In this document: piece by piece, positions 35,348-44,570 of the stretch
Position numbering within the stretch: position 1 is the first letter of the stretch
How the letters are laid out: each line of letters opens with the position of its first letter
From: Candidatus Moraniibacteriota bacterium
GTDB lineage: Bacteria > Patescibacteriota > Minisyncoccia > Moranbacterales > UBA1568
NCBI GenBank assembly: GCA_018061645.1
Contig: JAGOTT010000002.1
Location: forward strand, 23,842-87,841
DNA length: 64,000 nucleotides
Reading direction: 5' to 3'
Notes under the pieces: generated by a model
Told to the model about the DNA's origin: nothing
Seen by the model: only the letters and a program-made list of their open reading frames with translations
The model's database searches: none
Translations under genes and position numbers: made by a program

Positions 35348-36622
35348 ATGAAATTTCAGAAACACACGCTGAAAAACGGGCTGCGGGTGATGCTCGCGCC
35401 GATGCGGGACACAGGGACGGTGACGGTACTCGTCATGACCGGTGCCGGGTCGCGCTATGAGACGCGCAAGGAGAGCGGCATCGCGCACTTCCTCGAGCAC
35501 ATGTTTTTCAAGGGGACGAAACGTCGCCCGACAGCATTCGATATTTCCAAGGAACTCGACGGGATCGGTGCCGAATACAACGCGTTCACCGGAAAGGAAT
35601 ATACCGGGTATTATGCCAAGGTGGAGGCACACCATGCGGATACCGCGCTCGACGTAGTCTCGGATCTCTTCCTCCATCAGAAGCTCGAACAGGAAGAGAT
35701 CGACCGCGAGAAGGGGACGATTCTCCAGGAGATCAATATGTACGAGGACAAGCCGTCGTCGCGCGTCGGCGAGCATTTCGACGAGCTTCTTTATGGTGAC
35801 CACCCGGCGGGCTGGCGGATTTTGGGGCCGAAGGAGAATATCAGGAGGTTCAAGCGTGCGGATTTTGTCCGGTTTCTCCGGAAAATGTATACCGGGTCGA
35901 ACGTCGTCGTGGGGGTTGCCGGAAAATTCGATGAGAAAGAAATCCTGAAAGGGATAGAAGAGCGGTTCGATGTCCTCGCGGGAGGGAAGAGGCCGTCATT
36001 TAGGAAGATTTCCGAGCGACAGAAATCGCCCGCGCTTTTCATCGAGAAAAAGAAGACCGATCAGACGCATTTTCTCCTCGGTGTCAGGGGCTATGAAGCG
36101 GAACACGAGGATCGCTATCCGCTTGCGGTGCTTTCGACGATTCTCGGGGGTGGGATGTCCTCGCGACTCTTCATCCAGGTCCGTGAGCGCCGTGGGCTCG
36201 CCTATCATGTCTCAACCGGCGTAGATGCGCTTCATGATGCCGGGTCGCTTGCGACGCAGTGCGGGGTGGAACACGAGAATCTCGAGAAGACGATCGCGGT
36301 CATCCTCGACGAGTATCGGAAGATAGCTCAGGAGAGGGTGGAAGAGGAGGAGCTTTCCCGCGCGAAGGAATATATCAAGGGGCGGCTCGCGATGGGACTT
36401 GAGGGGTCGGACGATGTGGTCGAGTACCTTGTCGCGCAGGAGGTGCTTCGTGACAAGGTGACGCTTCCGGAGGAAAAGGCGAAGAAAATCGATGCGGTCA
36501 CGGCGGATGATGTCTTGCGTGTCGCGCAGGATATCTTCCGGAACGACAAGCTCAACCTCGCCGTCATCGGTCCGCATGATGCGAGGATGAAAAAGCGGCT
36601 GGAGAAATTCCTTTCATTGTGA
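35348..36622 (+). CDS. M16-family zinc peptidase (insulinase-like)
   Basis: HFLEHMFFKGT inverted zincin motif. Confidence 0.8.
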   Translation: MKFQKHTLKNGLRVMLAPMRDTGTVTVLVMTGAGSRYETRKESGIAHFLEHMFFKGTKRRPTAFDISKELDGIGAEYNAFTGKEYTGYYAKVEAHHADTALDVVSDLFLHQKLEQEEIDREKGTILQEINMYEDKPSSRVGEHFDELLYGDHPAGWRILGPKENIRRFKRADFVRFLRKMYTGSNVVVGVAGKFDEKEILKGIEERFDVLAGGKRPSFRKISERQKSPALFIEKKKTDQTHFLLGVRGYEAEHEDRYPLAVLSTILGGGMSSRLFIQVRERRGLAYHVSTGVDALHDAGSLATQCGVEHENLEKTIAVILDEYRKIAQERVEEEELSRAKEYIKGRLAMGLEGSDDVVEYLVAQEVLRDKVTLPEEKAKKIDAVTADDVLRVAQDIFRNDKLNLAVIGPHDARMKKRLEKFLSL

Positions 36623-37656
36623 ATATGGATACGGATCGGATCGTCGAAATTGGAACCAGACTCATCTTTCGTGTCGCGTTTCTCGCGGTAGCGGTATATT
36701 TTCTGTATCTGCTTCGCGATATCGTGCTTATCGTGCTCCTTGCGGTGCTTACCGCCGCGGCGTTGTATCCGCTTATCGCACGGCTTGAGCGGTGGAGGCT
36801 TTCCCGGACCGGTGCGGTCGTCGCGGTCTACCTCGGATTTCTGACGATTATCGTTGCCGCAGTTGCGGTCTTCATCCCGCTCTTCATATCGGAAGTGAAG
36901 AACTTCGCATCCTCGTGGCCGATGTACGGAAACAAGCTTTCCGGCTTTCTTGCCGCGCTCGAATCATATTTTCAGTCTTTCGGGGTCGAGTTCAGTCGGG
37001 ATCAGTTTTTCGGTGAGATAGAATCAGGGATCTCGCAGAGCGCGGGGAATATCGTCGCGACGACCGTCGGAATCTTCTCGGGGCTCATTCATTTTCTCGG
37101 CTATTTCTTCCTTGCGCTGTATCTTTCGCTCGAGGAGGACGGTATCGAGAAATTCTTCCTCGCGCTCGCGCCGGATCAGTATCATGCGCGCGCGACGGAA
37201 TTCGCGGGAAAGATCCGCATCCGTGTCTCGCGCTGGCTCGGGGCGCAACTCCTGCTTATGGCGATCGTCTTCGTCATCTACTATATCGGACTGTCGCTTT
37301 TCGGTGTTCCGTATGCGCTTGCGATCGCCCTTTTCGGGGGACTGGTCGAGATCGTCCCGTATATCGGACCGATCTTGGCCGCGATTCCGGCGGTGCTCCT
37401 CGGCTTGCTCGAAGCGCCGGTCGTGGGATTCTCGGTACTCGCGTACTACACGGTCGCCCATCAGCTCGAAAGCCACATCATCGCGCCGCAGGTGATGAAA
37501 CATTCCGCGGGGCTCAACCCGGTCGTGCTCATCGTCGCGGTGCTGATCGGACTCGAGCTCGGAGGGGCGATCGGCGTGCTCCTCGCGGTGCCTGCCGCCA
37601 TGGTTATGGGGGTGTTCGTGGAAGACTTCATGGAGAAGAAGAAAGAGCGAATGTAG
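36619..37656 (+). CDS. AI-2E family transporter (second copy)
   Basis: Multi-TM protein with a conserved AI-2E C-terminal region. Confidence 0.65.
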   Translation: MNMDTDRIVEIGTRLIFRVAFLAVAVYFLYLLRDIVLIVLLAVLTAAALYPLIARLERWRLSRTGAVVAVYLGFLTIIVAAVAVFIPLFISEVKNFASSWPMYGNKLSGFLAALESYFQSFGVEFSRDQFFGEIESGISQSAGNIVATTVGIFSGLIHFLGYFFLALYLSLEEDGIEKFFLALAPDQYHARATEFAGKIRIRVSRWLGAQLLLMAIVFVIYYIGLSLFGVPYALAIALFGGLVEIVPYIGPILAAIPAVLLGLLEAPVVGFSVLAYYTVAHQLESHIIAPQVMKHSAGLNPVVLIVAVLIGLELGGAIGVLLAVPAAMVMGVFVEDFMEKKKERM

Positions 37657-37673
37657 AATATTGAATGTAGAAT

Positions 37674-38342
37674 ATGGGGACACTTTTCATCGTCGCGACG
37701 CCGATCGGAAATATGGAAGACATCACTCTCCGAGCTTTGAGAGTGCTGCGGGAATGCGACGCGGTGCTCGCGGAGGATACGCGCGTGACGAAAAAACTCC
37801 TTGCGAAATATGAGATCGAAAAACCTGCCGTCTCCTGTCATGAACACACGGACGAGGCGAAACTTCTCCGGCTCGTGGGAGAAATGAAGGAAGGGAAAAC
37901 ATTCGCGTACGTGACGGACGCCGGGACGCCGGGACTTTCGGATCCGGGAAACAAACTCGTCTCACTCGCAAGTGGTGCCGGTGTCGCGGTCTCGCCGATT
38001 CCCGGTGCCTCCGCTCTCGGAGCGATCGTGTCGGTCGCGGGGATCGACATGCGCGAATTCCTCTTTCTCGGGTTTCCGCCGCACAAGAAGGGCCGCGAGA
38101 CCTTTTTCAAGAAGGTGGTTGCGTCGGAACATCCGGTCGTCTACTATGAATCGCCGCACCGCGTGATGAAGAATCTCGAGCTGCTCGGGATGCTTGCATC
38201 GGAGTCGAAGGTCATCATTGGTCGCGAGCTTACCAAGATGTTCGAGGAAGTCATCCGCGGCACGGTCGGGGAAGCGACGGGATATTTCGAGGCGAATCCG
38301 TCCAAGGTGAAGGGGGAATTCGTCATCGTCGTGTATCGATAA
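37674..38342 (+). CDS. rsmI: 16S rRNA (cytidine1402-2'-O)-methyltransferase
   Basis: LFIVATPIGNMEDITLRALRVLRECDAVLAEDTR. Confidence 0.8.
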   Translation: MGTLFIVATPIGNMEDITLRALRVLRECDAVLAEDTRVTKKLLAKYEIEKPAVSCHEHTDEAKLLRLVGEMKEGKTFAYVTDAGTPGLSDPGNKLVSLASGAGVAVSPIPGASALGAIVSVAGIDMREFLFLGFPPHKKGRETFFKKVVASEHPVVYYESPHRVMKNLELLGMLASESKVIIGRELTKMFEEVIRGTVGEATGYFEANPSKVKGEFVIVVYR

Positions 38343-38357
38343 TCAATAAAAAAATAT

Positions 38358-38840
38358 ATGGAAACGATCAAGCAGGCGGCGATCCCGATCGCGAACTATA
38401 AGCAGACGATCTCATTCGATTCCGAACGGATCGTCGTCGAAGACGCATCGGGACGGCACGAGCTCTTTCTGTGCGATATCGAAATGGTTCACGTATACCC
38501 GCTTTTCTTTCCGGTGCTTCGGATCGTTCCGGTGTTGGTATCCGATGTGTATCTGACGGGGAAAGGAAACGAAGTGAAGGCGTTTAATGTTTCCCGTAGT
38601 GACACTGAAAGAATCGTTTCGGCGGTTTCGGTGGCGCGTCCGGACGTGGCGATCGTCCGCGAACCGCTTCGGCGGGGGATCGGCGGATTCAGCGGATACC
38701 TCATGCGCTCGCTCGATCGGCAGGCGGAGCTGGGTGTCCCGCACGCCTCACTTCCCTTGGTGTTCATTTTCCTTGACCTTTTCTGGATGATTCTCCTTTT
38801 CGGGCTTCTCGGATACGGAATAACGAGGATGCTGTTTTGA
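38358..38840 (+). CDS. hypothetical membrane protein
   Basis: Two or three TM segments. No motif. Confidence 0.4.
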   Translation: METIKQAAIPIANYKQTISFDSERIVVEDASGRHELFLCDIEMVHVYPLFFPVLRIVPVLVSDVYLTGKGNEVKAFNVSRSDTERIVSAVSVARPDVAIVREPLRRGIGGFSGYLMRSLDRQAELGVPHASLPLVFIFLDLFWMILLFGLLGYGITRMLF

Positions 38841-38879
38841 CCGCTTGTCGCCACCGGTTTTTTGCGCGACAATGAAAAA

Positions 38880-38905
38880 GCCCGATGCATTGCATCGAGC
38901 TTGAA
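38880..38905 (-). terminator. CGATGC-aat-GCATCG hairpin + T-run (minus strand)
   Basis: The minus strand reads cgatgcaatgcatcgggcttttt. Confidence 0.35.
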
Positions 38906-38907
38906 GG

Positions 38908-39069
38908 TCAGAAGAGCCCGGGGAAAAGTATGGAAAGGGAAAAAACTGTCACCACGAACGCGTAGAATCCTGCGCCCATGATGAGTCCCAACAGGATAAT
39001 TTTCCACAAGGGTGGCGATTTCTCCTGTTCCATATCCTTTACCGTAATACCAAAATTCTTTCCTGCCAT
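38908..39069 (-). CDS. 53-aa small membrane protein
   Basis: AAGGAGG SD 7 nt before ATG 39069. MAGKNFGITVKDMEQEKSPPLWKIILLGLIMGAGFYAFVVTVFSLSILFPGLF. The ORF-track 38908..39615 extension overlapping metG is rejected. Confidence 0.45.
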   Translation of the reverse strand: MAGKNFGITVKDMEQEKSPPLWKIILLGLIMGAGFYAFVVTVFSLSILFPGLF

Positions 39070-39159
39070 TGCACCCTCCTTTGGGTTAGTGATAGTGATA
39101 TGAAAAAGGACTACAATTCGATATATTATACTCCATAAATATAGTTTTGTCAATACTCT

Positions 39160-40596
39160 ATGCAAGAAAGAACTGAAAACAAGCCTTTTTACATAACGAC
39201 GACCCTGCCGTACGTGAACGGTCGACCGCACCTGGGACATATCCTCGAATTCGTACAGGCGGATGTTTTGGCGCGCATGGCGCGAGCACGCGGGGACGAG
39301 GTGATCTTCAATGTCGGCACGGATGAGCATGGGCAGAAGATATTCCAGAAGGCCACTGAAGAAAGCATCACTCCACAGGAATACTGTGACCGGATGTCGG
39401 AGCACTTCCGCATAGTCAAAGAGACGCTCGATGTGAGTTATACGCATTTCATCCGCACGACCGATCCGCATCATGTCGCTGCCGCGCAGGAATTCTGGCG
39501 GCGATGCGAAGCGAGTGGCGATATCTACAAGAAACAGTATAAGACGAAGTACTGCGTCGGGTGCGAACTCGAGAAGACGGATTCGGATCTCGACCACGGG
39601 AAATGTCCGGATCATCCGAATATGGAAATCGAGACCGTCGACGAGGAAAACTATTTCTTCCGATTCTCGAAGTACCAGGACGCGCTCTTGAAGCTCTACG
39701 ATGAGCGGCCGGATTTCGTCGTGCCGAAGAATCGTCTCGTGGAAATCCGCAATTTCGTCGCAGGCGGACTCCGGGATTTTTCCATCTCGCGTCTCGCGAC
39801 GAAGATGTCATGGGGGATTCCGGTTCCCGGTGATGAGGAGCACGTCATGTACGTGTGGTTCGACGCGCTCGCGAACTATGTGACCACGTTGGGCTGGCCC
39901 GAGGACGAGACGAATTTCAGGAAATTCTGGCCGGGACTCCAGATCGCCGGGAAGGACAATCTTCGCCCGCAGTCCGCCATGTGGCAGGCGATGCTCCTTT
40001 CTGCCGGAATGGAGCCGTCGCGGCAGATCCTCATCCATGGGCATGTCATGAGCGGCGGGACGAAGATGTCGAAATCGCTCGGGAACGTGATCTCACCCGA
40101 CGAGCTCGTGGAGAAATTCGGCAAGGACGGGACACGGTATCTGCTGCTTTCTTCGGGAAATCTCGAGAACGATCCGGATATCACGATGGAGCGGCTCACG
40201 GAGAAATACAACGCCGACCTCGCGAACGGACTGGGAAACCTCGTTTCACGCGTTTTGAAACTGTCTGAAAAACTGGATCCCCGGGTCAAGTCCGAGGATG
40301 ACAAAGCGGGTGCATTTCCTGAAGAGCTTGCGAAGATTCTCGATGAATACCGGTTCGCGGATGCGACGGAGTATGTGATGGGACTCGTGCGCGAGGCGAA
40401 CAGGCATATCGACGACGAAAAACCGTGGGAACTCGTGAAGACCGACATGGAGCGATTTGACGGCGTGATGCGCGTGCTGCTCGACCGGCTCGCCTTCATC
40501 GCTTCCGCGCTCGCGCCGCTCCTCCCCGAAACCTCGGCAAAAATCACGAAGGCGCTTGCGGAAGGAAAAGTTGAACCGCTTTTCAAGAGGGTCTAG
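39160..40596 (+). CDS. metG: methionine--tRNA ligase
   Basis: PYVNGRPHLGHILEF (HIGH) and KMSKSLGN motifs. Confidence 0.9.
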   Translation: MQERTENKPFYITTTLPYVNGRPHLGHILEFVQADVLARMARARGDEVIFNVGTDEHGQKIFQKATEESITPQEYCDRMSEHFRIVKETLDVSYTHFIRTTDPHHVAAAQEFWRRCEASGDIYKKQYKTKYCVGCELEKTDSDLDHGKCPDHPNMEIETVDEENYFFRFSKYQDALLKLYDERPDFVVPKNRLVEIRNFVAGGLRDFSISRLATKMSWGIPVPGDEEHVMYVWFDALANYVTTLGWPEDETNFRKFWPGLQIAGKDNLRPQSAMWQAMLLSAGMEPSRQILIHGHVMSGGTKMSKSLGNVISPDELVEKFGKDGTRYLLLSSGNLENDPDITMERLTEKYNADLANGLGNLVSRVLKLSEKLDPRVKSEDDKAGAFPEELAKILDEYRFADATEYVMGLVREANRHIDDEKPWELVKTDMERFDGVMRVLLDRLAFIASALAPLLPETSAKITKALAEGKVEPLFKRV

Positions 40597-40673
40597 ATAG
40601 ACATCAAGTATTTCGCATAAGGGAATTATGAATTTCCATACGTGATACAAGATACGGTATACGCAATACGACC

Positions 40674-41612
40674 ATGATCGACATCCATACCCATCTTCAT
40701 TTCAAGGACTACGACGCGGATCGCGACGCGGTGATCGCGCGTGCGCGTGAAGCTGGGGTGGAGAAGATGATCCTGGTCGGGACGGACCTCGAATCGTCGC
40801 GCACGGCAATCGCACTTTCGGAGAAGCATGATTTTCTGTTCGCATCGGTCGGCATCCACCCTCACTTTTTCAACGAAGTTGAAAAAGAATTTCCAATTTC
40901 CAATTTCCAATTTCCAAACAAATCCCAATTTCCAATTTCCAAATTTCAAACGGAAATCAAAGGAATAACGGAGCTAGCGAAACATCCGAAGGTCGTGGCG
41001 ATCGGGGAGTGTGGGCTGGATTACTTCGTACGCAACGAGCAAGGAGCAACGAACAATGAGCAGGGAGGAGCAATCAGCAATCAACAGAAGAAAATCCAAG
41101 AAGAAGGATTTTTGGCACAGATGGAAATCGCGAAGGAACTCGGTCTGCCGCTCATCATCCACACTCGCCCCTCCGTTGGCACGATGGATGCCTACGAAGA
41201 TGTTTTCGAGATTCTGAAAAATCATTTATCACTCATCCCGCATCCCGCATCTGCTTTCATCCTCCACTGTTATCAGGGTGACACGGAAATCACGAAGAAA
41301 CTTCTCGGACTGCCGAACGCGCATTTTTCTTTTGCGGGAAGTGTCACCTATCCGGTAAAAAAATCGCTTATTGGAACGAAGGATGATTCCTCGGAGGTCG
41401 TAAAACTTGTACCGATGGAGCGAATTTTTGTCGAGACGGATTGCCCGTATCTTGCGCCGCAGCCGATGCGCGGGAGTCGCAACGAGCCGGCGTATGTCAC
41501 GATGACCGCGGAGCGGATGGCGGAAACGAAGGGGACGGATGTCAAGGAACTGGAATCGACCATAAACCGGGTCTTTTCAAGGGTTTTCGGAAGGAGTAAG
41601 ATGGAAACGTAA
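40674..41612 (+). CDS. TatD-family metal-dependent DNase with two low-complexity insertions
   Basis: IDIHTHLHF N-terminal histidine motif, then the conserved GECGLDY and further catalytic His/Asp motifs. Insertions FPISNFQFPNKSQFPISKFQ and NEQGATNNEQGGAISNQQ. Confidence 0.75.
   Translation: MIDIHTHLHFKDYDADRDAVIARAREAGVEKMILVGTDLESSRTAIALSEKHDFLFASVGIHPHFFNEVEKEFPISNFQFPNKSQFPISKFQTEIKGITELAKHPKVVAIGECGLDYFVRNEQGATNNEQGGAISNQQKKIQEEGFLAQMEIAKELGLPLIIHTRPSVGTMDAYEDVFEILKNHLSLIPHPASAFILHCYQGDTEITKKLLGLPNAHFSFAGSVTYPVKKSLIGTKDDSSEVVKLVPMERIFVETDCPYLAPQPMRGSRNEPAYVTMTAERMAETKGTDVKELESTINRVFSRVFGRSKMET
40891..40950 (+). repeat. CCAATTT heptamer tandem array (~9 units) in-frame inside tatD
   Basis: ttccaat ttccaat ttccaat ttccaaa caaatcc caatttc caatttc caaattt caaa. 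Confidence 0.85.
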
Positions 41613-41631
41613 TCAGGATAATCTCAACTGT

Positions 41632-42162
41632 ATGATGAACTTCGATATGCCGGTGGCGAAGAAAGATGATGGTCCGAAAATCAATCCGGACGGGACGGTG
41701 GAGTTTATCTTCGCGACCGATGAGGAAAAAGCGGCTCTCGCGGAGGCGAAAGCGGCGGGTATTGCCAAAAACAGAGAAACCGGCGGATCGGGAAGAATCC
41801 TCTCTTCCAAGGAAAAGGCAGGGAATTGGTATGGACAGGACACCGGTCCGGAAGGTTCATCGGAATGGGTTCTTGATCCGGAGAAGCCCGTGGCTGCGGT
41901 GGTGGAGACGACCGTGGAAAGCTTGAAGGGAGAGGATTCTCTGACAAGGTTGACGAGGCAAATCGATGATATCGCGAAGAAACGCGCCGATATATTGCTC
42001 CAGTTGGTTCAGGCAACCGACGAAGTCGAGAAGAATCGTCTGCGGGCGCTTTCGGATGCGCTTGAGAAAGGGTACGCCACCAGGATGAGGGAATACGAGG
42101 ATATGACCGGCGTATCACAGGAAGTAAGTGATGTCGAGGAAAGTGATAAGCTCGTAGCCTGA
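41632..42162 (+). CDS. hypothetical acidic protein
   Basis: ORF only. Confidence 0.4.
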   Translation: MMNFDMPVAKKDDGPKINPDGTVEFIFATDEEKAALAEAKAAGIAKNRETGGSGRILSSKEKAGNWYGQDTGPEGSSEWVLDPEKPVAAVVETTVESLKGEDSLTRLTRQIDDIAKKRADILLQLVQATDEVEKNRLRALSDALEKGYATRMREYEDMTGVSQEVSDVEESDKLVA

Positions 42163-42167
42163 AGAAT

Positions 42168-43418
42168 ATGAACGACAAGTCATTCGTTCCAGAATCGACC
42201 CAGACCGAATCGGTGTTCGATTTTCCGGATACATCCTCCGCTGTCGGATCCGATGACGATGCTTCCGTAGACCAATTGCGGACCGAGCTTGTCAGAAAGG
42301 AGAAATTGCTCGGTCAGGTCGATACGTATCTCGAAAAAAATATCGCCGAACGGATACGCGCTACCGATGACAAACGTATCGACGCGGAATACGGGGAGAA
42401 ACTCGACTCCGGATATCTGAAAATGGCGACACACGGAGACGACATCGAGAAGAGGATAATCGCCATCAGAAAGGCGATCGGTGTCGATCCCGAAGGAAAA
42501 AATATTCCTGCGGTGTCGGAGAACATGGATTCCGTTGCTACCACCGGCACTGTTCCCGTTTGTGAAAAAAATATCGCCGGACGTATGTTTTCCGGTTTCC
42601 GCGGATTGATTCGGAAAATCTTTTCCGGTTTCAGGGGAGGATTTTCGGGGAAAGGGATTTCCGATGAAAATCTTGCCGCGCCGGTGGAAACGCTTCCGCC
42701 TGAGAAAAAACCGGTGTTGCCAGTTGTCGGGAAATTCGGGATGAACGGCGTTTCGGAATATCGGAGCGATGGCGCGCTTCCGACCGGTTGGGGGGCGATT
42801 GGAAATGCATCGGACCCGTATGCGGCGGAGCGGTATCCGCATGAGGGCGGTATATCGGACAAGGAAAACGTTCCGATCGAACCTGACGCAGAACTCGCGA
42901 AAGCCCTTTCGGAGCCTTCCGAGTATGATAATGTGCGCCGTCTGCGGGAGCGTGACTGGATGGGATTTTCGGAAGTTCATCGGGAAGGGGCTGCTGGAAT
43001 CGGTATGGATGAATGGCTGGAGAAGAAGCGGCGTGCCGATGTGCCTGACACCAAGATATTCGGAGCCGTTCCGGAAGACCAGTACCGCATCGAAGAAATC
43101 GGGGCGACACGGGCGATGGGGGATGTTGTCACGCTCAAGACTACCCTCGAGGATGTCGAAAGGATGGCAAAGGAACATCCGGATCTCGCGGAAACCTACG
43201 CTGTCCAACGGGATATCGCGGGTCGAGCCTATGCGGAAGCTCTCGGAGTCGCCCGGTTCGCGCTTGCGGCGGAGCTTCGTGGCGAACCGGAGGGCGAGCA
43301 TCGGAAGGCGCTCATGAAGGATTTCTCTTTTGTTGTAGCCGAATTGCGTCGCATCGGCGAGTCGTCGCCCGAAACGTCGGTTTCGGAGGAGGAGGCTTCC
43401 GATAGGAGGGCAGCCTGA
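42168..43418 (+). CDS. hypothetical acidic protein (416 aa)
   Basis: ORF only. Antisense ORFs are rejected. Confidence 0.45.
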   Translation: MNDKSFVPESTQTESVFDFPDTSSAVGSDDDASVDQLRTELVRKEKLLGQVDTYLEKNIAERIRATDDKRIDAEYGEKLDSGYLKMATHGDDIEKRIIAIRKAIGVDPEGKNIPAVSENMDSVATTGTVPVCEKNIAGRMFSGFRGLIRKIFSGFRGGFSGKGISDENLAAPVETLPPEKKPVLPVVGKFGMNGVSEYRSDGALPTGWGAIGNASDPYAAERYPHEGGISDKENVPIEPDAELAKALSEPSEYDNVRRLRERDWMGFSEVHREGAAGIGMDEWLEKKRRADVPDTKIFGAVPEDQYRIEEIGATRAMGDVVTLKTTLEDVERMAKEHPDLAETYAVQRDIAGRAYAEALGVARFALAAELRGEPEGEHRKALMKDFSFVVAELRRIGESSPETSVSEEEASDRRAA

Positions 43419-43433
43419 ACGAGTCCGGAAAAA

Positions 43434-43468
43434 GAAAAGCGCCCCACGTGTTGCGTCGGGGCGTTTTG
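43434..43468. terminator. bidirectional terminator GCGCCCC...GGGGCG with T-runs on both strands
   Basis: aaaagcgccccacgtgttgcgtcggggcgttttgctg, between convergent genes. Confidence 0.5.
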
Positions 43469-43472
43469 CTGT

Positions 43473-44162
43473 CTATGGAAGGGGGAATGGGAACCTGCGT
43501 ATCGTGAGGGATGTCTCCCGATCAGCGAGCGAGGAGAGCGCGGTGAGGAACTTCCAGGGGTTTTCCGATGGAGCCTCACCGAAGATTTCGGCGACGATCC
43601 GATCGTCCGATTTCGTCGCGTACCACTCCGTAAATGACCGTTTGGCTCGGAGGAGTCGGATAGTGTCCTTGGGATCCGCGTTTCCGAGAAGAAGCGCATT
43701 CCAGCATTCTTCCGCGACGAAGCGGATCCGCTCTCCGGCGAGTATGGTTATAGATTCGCAATGCGATCTTCCGGAGGTGTCCATGCCGGGAGCGGTCGAA
43801 ACCCGGATCTCTTCGAGAACGGTTTCCCAGAACAGGTGTTTCGAAAGCGTCCAACGGTATCGATCAAGGATTGGTCCAAGCGGTTTTCTCGTCGCAAAAT
43901 GACGTCTGTCGATCGTACGTGCAAGCCGGAGGACTTCTGCGAAGTACCGTTTCGCGGCGAAGACGATTTCCTGTCTCGGATCATCGTGGTCGTCATTGGT
44001 AGACTCGCCGACGCTTCCGGTGACAGGAATGATGAGAGACATCCAGGATGCATGAGGGCTGGCGTGGGATCCCGGGATATTCGGGGGGGTGGTGTTCTGA
44101 AGCGAGTCATTCGCGGCTTCTGTGGCCGCAACGGTAAAAAGCGGTGCGGCGCGTGAAGTCAT
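43473..44162 (-). CDS. hypothetical protein (229 aa)
   Basis: ORF with protein-like composition. Terminator downstream. Confidence 0.4.
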   Translation of the reverse strand: MTSRAAPLFTVAATEAANDSLQNTTPPNIPGSHASPHASWMSLIIPVTGSVGESTNDDHDDPRQEIVFAAKRYFAEVLRLARTIDRRHFATRKPLGPILDRYRWTLSKHLFWETVLEEIRVSTAPGMDTSGRSHCESITILAGERIRFVAEECWNALLLGNADPKDTIRLLRAKRSFTEWYATKSDDRIVAEIFGEAPSENPWKFLTALSSLADRETSLTIRRFPFPLP

Positions 44163-44296
44163 GAGAAACTCCTCACTGTGAAAAATATGTGGCCCCTTCC
44201 GGGGCGGAATTGGTAATGAGCCATCGAAGATGTATATACCGTAATCGTATCTTTGTCAAGAATGAGTGCCTCCCGTTATCGGAATTTTTTTAAGCT

Positions 44297-44325
44297 TTGA
44301 CACTTTCCGGTTTCGGATATATACT
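44297..44325 (+). promoter_or_regulatory. consensus sigma70 promoter TTGACA-17-TATACT upstream of atp operon
   Basis: TTGACActttccggtttcggataTATACT. Confidence 0.55.
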
Positions 44326-44328
44326 TGG

Positions 44329-44359
44329 TGGCGTCGCGACGATTGCGACGTCATTTTTT
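44329..44359 (+). other. GC hairpin + T7 immediately at predicted transcript start (5' stabiliser or attenuator)
   Basis: ggCGTCGCgacgattGCGACGtcattttttt. Confidence 0.4.
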
Positions 44360-44372
44360 TGTTTGAATTTTC

Positions 44373-44560
44373 TGAGAGCCTGTTGAATATCTCATGTCGA
44401 GTTGCAAACTCGGAAATTCCGCGCGAAAATCATGAAAAGTAAGAAGGGATACTATCGTATCCCGACAAGCTTTGAATGGTTTGCAGCCGGAATTTCCGAG
44501 TTTCAGCCGACAAGCACTTGTTTTTCTTTTATTCATGCGGTGAGATATTAAACAGGCTCT
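44373..44560. repeat. 188-nt nested palindrome in atp leader
   Basis: Outer arms tgagagcctgttgaatatctca / tgagatattaaacaggctct. Inner arms cgagttgcaaactcggaaattccg / cggaatttccgagtttcagc. Apex hairpin GGGATACtatcGTATCCC. Confidence 0.6.
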
Positions 44561-44570
44561 GTTCGATCGT

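Noticed and set aside
38908-39615. 235-aa minus ORF overlapping the metG start
   Set aside because: Only the C-terminal 53 codons, which have a strong SD, look real. The upstream part runs antisense through the metG promoter and start.
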